From: Candidatus Burarchaeum sp.
GTDB lineage: Archaea; Micrarchaeota; Micrarchaeia; Burarchaeales; Burarchaeaceae
Direction of reading: 5' to 3'
Assembly (NCBI GenBank): GCA_030646255.1
Contig: JAUSNF010000056.1
Span: forward strand, 1-54,764
DNA: 54,764 nucleotides
The translations under genes were made by a program, and so were the position numbers. Below, piece after piece: positions 52,444 through 54,764 of this stretch; position 1 is the stretch's first letter, and the number at the start of each line of letters is the position of its first letter. The notes beneath the pieces are model-generated. The model made no database searches and had not been told where the DNA came from. It was given only the letters and a program-made list of their open reading frames with translations.

Positions 52444-54764
52444 ATGCGGGCATTGTTGGCAAGTTTGTTGTTTTTGGTTTTGGCCGCCGGCTTCGCAGCC
52501 GCCGCGCCCCTACAGATACTGGCTAATGACTCCATCGCAGAGCAGACCACCACCAGTTCGACTCAAGTGCCCGCTGCCAATATTACTTTCACACCGCAGG
52601 GCGGAAACAACAACAGATGCTACCTCCTCATGGCAAGCGGGGAAGTGTCACAGAGCAATGCAAACAACGAAGTCCGAGTCAACTTTACAGTGGATTCGTT
52701 AACGATAGGCACGAGCAACTTTGAGCCGCAGTCCACGGCCAGTTATTACTCAGTCGCATTCCATAATGTCACTTGCTTTGCAGACCAGAACGCACATGAC
52801 GCCACTTTATATTTCTCCAGAGATGCGACTACTGCGGCGATAAGAAACGCGCGCGTCATTGCGTTGGGCATAAACAACAGCGCGGACTACATAGCCAACT
52901 TCACTATCCCAAAGACGCTCACCACAGGCAACGTCTACAGGCCCTACCTGAACCTCACATTCACCGTGCCCTCCTCAGGCACGCACAACTACCTGCTGCT
53001 GGGAAGCCTTGAGTTCGACCATGGCGCAACAGCTGTCGCCTCCTCAATAATCGTGCGGTTCCAGCTGGACAACGTTGTTATAGCCGAGTCGAACTTCTCC
53101 GGCCAGAGCGGCAATGCAGTCGGCGCCTTCACCTTCATGGCCCACAATGTTTCCACGCTCAGCGCCGGCTCGCACAAGCTGAACATCTCGGTAATGCAGG
53201 CGGGCGGCACGGCAGGGCTCATAAGGCGCGTGAGGCTTACGGTGGTGAACCTGACAGGCTACAGCTATGCTGCCAATGAAAGCGTTCCGGTAAAAAAAGA
53301 CACGGCTGCCAGCTATCTGCCTGTTACGAGCGTGAGCATGCCCTTCATATTCAACAAAGACTTCATAGCGCTCGCCTCCTCTGTGGCCAGCACCTCGGCT
53401 ACTAGTGCAAGGGTGCGCAACATCCTGTTCCCACCATATGATCTGGCACCTAGCTGGCGCACCACGGTTGATGTTGCGATTGCCAACGAGAACTTCTCCT
53501 TCTTCGCTCTTTGGAATGACACGTGGGACAGCGCGAGCGAGCCCGAGCACCTTATGAATCTTTCCCACGGCTCGGAGGACGGCTCTACTGAAATAAGAAC
53601 GGGGCACGCCAGCATAAGCGTGATATGGGTGCCCCTGAGCTGCGGTACGCTCACAGCGAGCACCACATTGGATATCGACCTCACCACAACAGGCACCTGC
53701 TTCACCATAGGCGCGGACAGCATAACGCTGGACTGCAACGGGCACACGATAACCGGCTCAGGAAGCACCGCCGGGAGCGGTTTCGGAGTGATGAACACGC
53801 AGTACGACAACGTGGTCATACGGAACTGCGTGATAACTAATTTTGAAAAGGGAATCTACTTCACGGGCGCCTCGGACAACGCAATATTCATAAACGACAC
53901 GATAAGCGCGGTGACCGAAGGGGTTTACGTAAACATAAGCAGCACCCCGCGCATGTGGAACCTCTCAATAACCTCCCCCTCGCGCGCAGGCATCCTCCTG
54001 AACCGCTCGAACTGGGGCGGCATATTCAACACAACCGTGGATTCAACATCGGTTCTCCCTCTAACGGAGCTGTATGACATCTACCTGTACATGTCCAACT
54101 TCTCATTCATCCACAACGTGACCGTCGCCACGAGCCAGTTCCTCGCGCAGAGCTACGGCATAGCGCTCGAGAGCTCAAATACGACCACCATCTCAAACTA
54201 TTCCTCGCCACAGTCAGAGACCGGGCTTTACATCTTCCTCTCGAACATGACGCGCGTGGAGAACTCGAGCCTCGACCAGTTCAGCGCCTACGGCATATTC
54301 CTGTCGAGCTCCAACAACTCGTTCATACGCAACGTAACGCTGAACAACGGCTCGATAGGCCCTGTCCTTTCCGGCACCGGCATCTACCTGTCCGGCAGCT
54401 GGTTCAACCTCTTCCAGAACCTCAGCGTATGGAACAACAGCGGCCCCGGGGCCACAATCTCGCTATCAAATAACAACTCGTTTGAGAACAGCTCGTTCAG
54501 GCGGAATGCGTGGTCCGTGGCCGGCGGCTCCGGGGTCTCCCTATCATCCTCCAGCAACAACACCTTCTGGAACATCACTGTAGAAGACCAATCCGGCGCA
54601 ACAGGCAACACCGGCATCGACCTAATCTCCAGTTCCAATGACAACAGGTTCCTGAACGTAACTTCGCGCAACAACTCTGCGGGCTTCAACTTTACAGCTT
54701 CTGACCGGAACCTCATAGTAAATTCAACGGCAGCCAACAACAGCTACGGAGTTTACTTCTCGAA
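52444..54764 (+). CDS. very large secreted, sequon-dense beta-helix surface protein (5' partial, continues beyond the window)
   Basis: This ORF is not in the supplied track. I read ATG 52444 in frame to the last base (773 codons) without a stop. The signal peptide is MRALLASLLFLVLAAGFAAAAP. ..ITLDCNGHTITGSGSTAGSGFGV..VVIRNCVITNFEKGIYF.. is followed by many about 22-aa rungs (NNS.I.N.T..NN..). A TATA (GATTTTATAG) lies about 24 nt upstream. Confidence 0.75.
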   Translation, partial: MRALLASLLFLVLAAGFAAAAPLQILANDSIAEQTTTSSTQVPAANITFTPQGGNNNRCYLLMASGEVSQSNANNEVRVNFTVDSLTIGTSNFEPQSTASYYSVAFHNVTCFADQNAHDATLYFSRDATTAAIRNARVIALGINNSADYIANFTIPKTLTTGNVYRPYLNLTFTVPSSGTHNYLLLGSLEFDHGATAVASSIIVRFQLDNVVIAESNFSGQSGNAVGAFTFMAHNVSTLSAGSHKLNISVMQAGGTAGLIRRVRLTVVNLTGYSYAANESVPVKKDTAASYLPVTSVSMPFIFNKDFIALASSVASTSATSARVRNILFPPYDLAPSWRTTVDVAIANENFSFFALWNDTWDSASEPEHLMNLSHGSEDGSTEIRTGHASISVIWVPLSCGTLTASTTLDIDLTTTGTCFTIGADSITLDCNGHTITGSGSTAGSGFGVMNTQYDNVVIRNCVITNFEKGIYFTGASDNAIFINDTISAVTEGVYVNISSTPRMWNLSITSPSRAGILLNRSNWGGIFNTTVDSTSVLPLTELYDIYLYMSNFSFIHNVTVATSQFLAQSYGIALESSNTTTISNYSSPQSETGLYIFLSNMTRVENSSLDQFSAYGIFLSSSNNSFIRNVTLNNGSIGPVLSGTGIYLSGSWFNLFQNLSVWNNSGPGATISLSNNNSFENSSFRRNAWSVAGGSGVSLSSSSNNTFWNITVEDQSGATGNTGIDLISSSNDNRFLNVTSRNNSAGFNFTASDRNLIVNSTAANNSYGVYFS

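Noticed and set aside
52989-54740. Minus-strand ORFs 52989..53222, 53044..53745, 53313..53819 and 54384..54740
   Set aside because: All lie antisense within the uninterrupted plus-strand beta-helix reading frame that has a signal peptide, a promoter and repeat structure.

Overview
This is a GC-rich archaeal chromosomal segment. The evidence is the set of archaeal informational genes: Orc1/Cdc6, an HMf-type histone, tRNA-splicing endonuclease, archaeal-type TyrRS, Pelota and an NMD3-like protein. First genes of operons have TATA boxes centred about 26 nt upstream of leaderless start codons, and internal genes have GAGGTGA-type Shine-Dalgarno sites. Lineage cannot be determined from this window. 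The three-unit-looking EndA hints at a small-genome DPANN-like archaeon, but that is inference only.

Gene content by region:
- 1-12.9 kb is housekeeping: glmS, a TRAM protein, the histone, an ABC importer with a fused double permease, cdc6 and endA.
- 12.9-19.3 kb is a co-directional cassette of very divergent enzymes: a PLP-decarboxylase fold, an Asp/Glu racemase and a type-II GAPDH-like protein. They are interleaved with two paralogous small HTH genes, a receiver domain and a membrane protein, and a tandem-Lrp regulator lies opposite.
- 19.3-23.4 kb holds tyrS, gdh and a low-GC AAA-ATPase islet with a very AT-rich flank.
- 25.2-32.5 kb holds nucleotide-sugar and glycosyltransferase genes that enclose three unknown helical proteins.
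- 32.5-40.3 kb is a type IV pilus locus with seven prepilin-like genes, a split TadB/TadC-like platform and a secretion ATPase.
- 40.8-43.6 kb holds Pelota, an ICMT-like methyltransferase, an intron-containing tRNA-Gly and a HIT protein.
- 43.6-49.7 kb holds two MinD-like ATPases downstream of a duplicated two-gene surface-protein module.
- 49.7 kb to the end holds a HEPN/nucleotidyltransferase pair and two sequon-dense beta-helix surface proteins. The second is absent from the ORF track because it runs off the window.

The best candidates for an undescribed system are the enzyme/regulator cassette and the MinD-linked duplicated envelope module.
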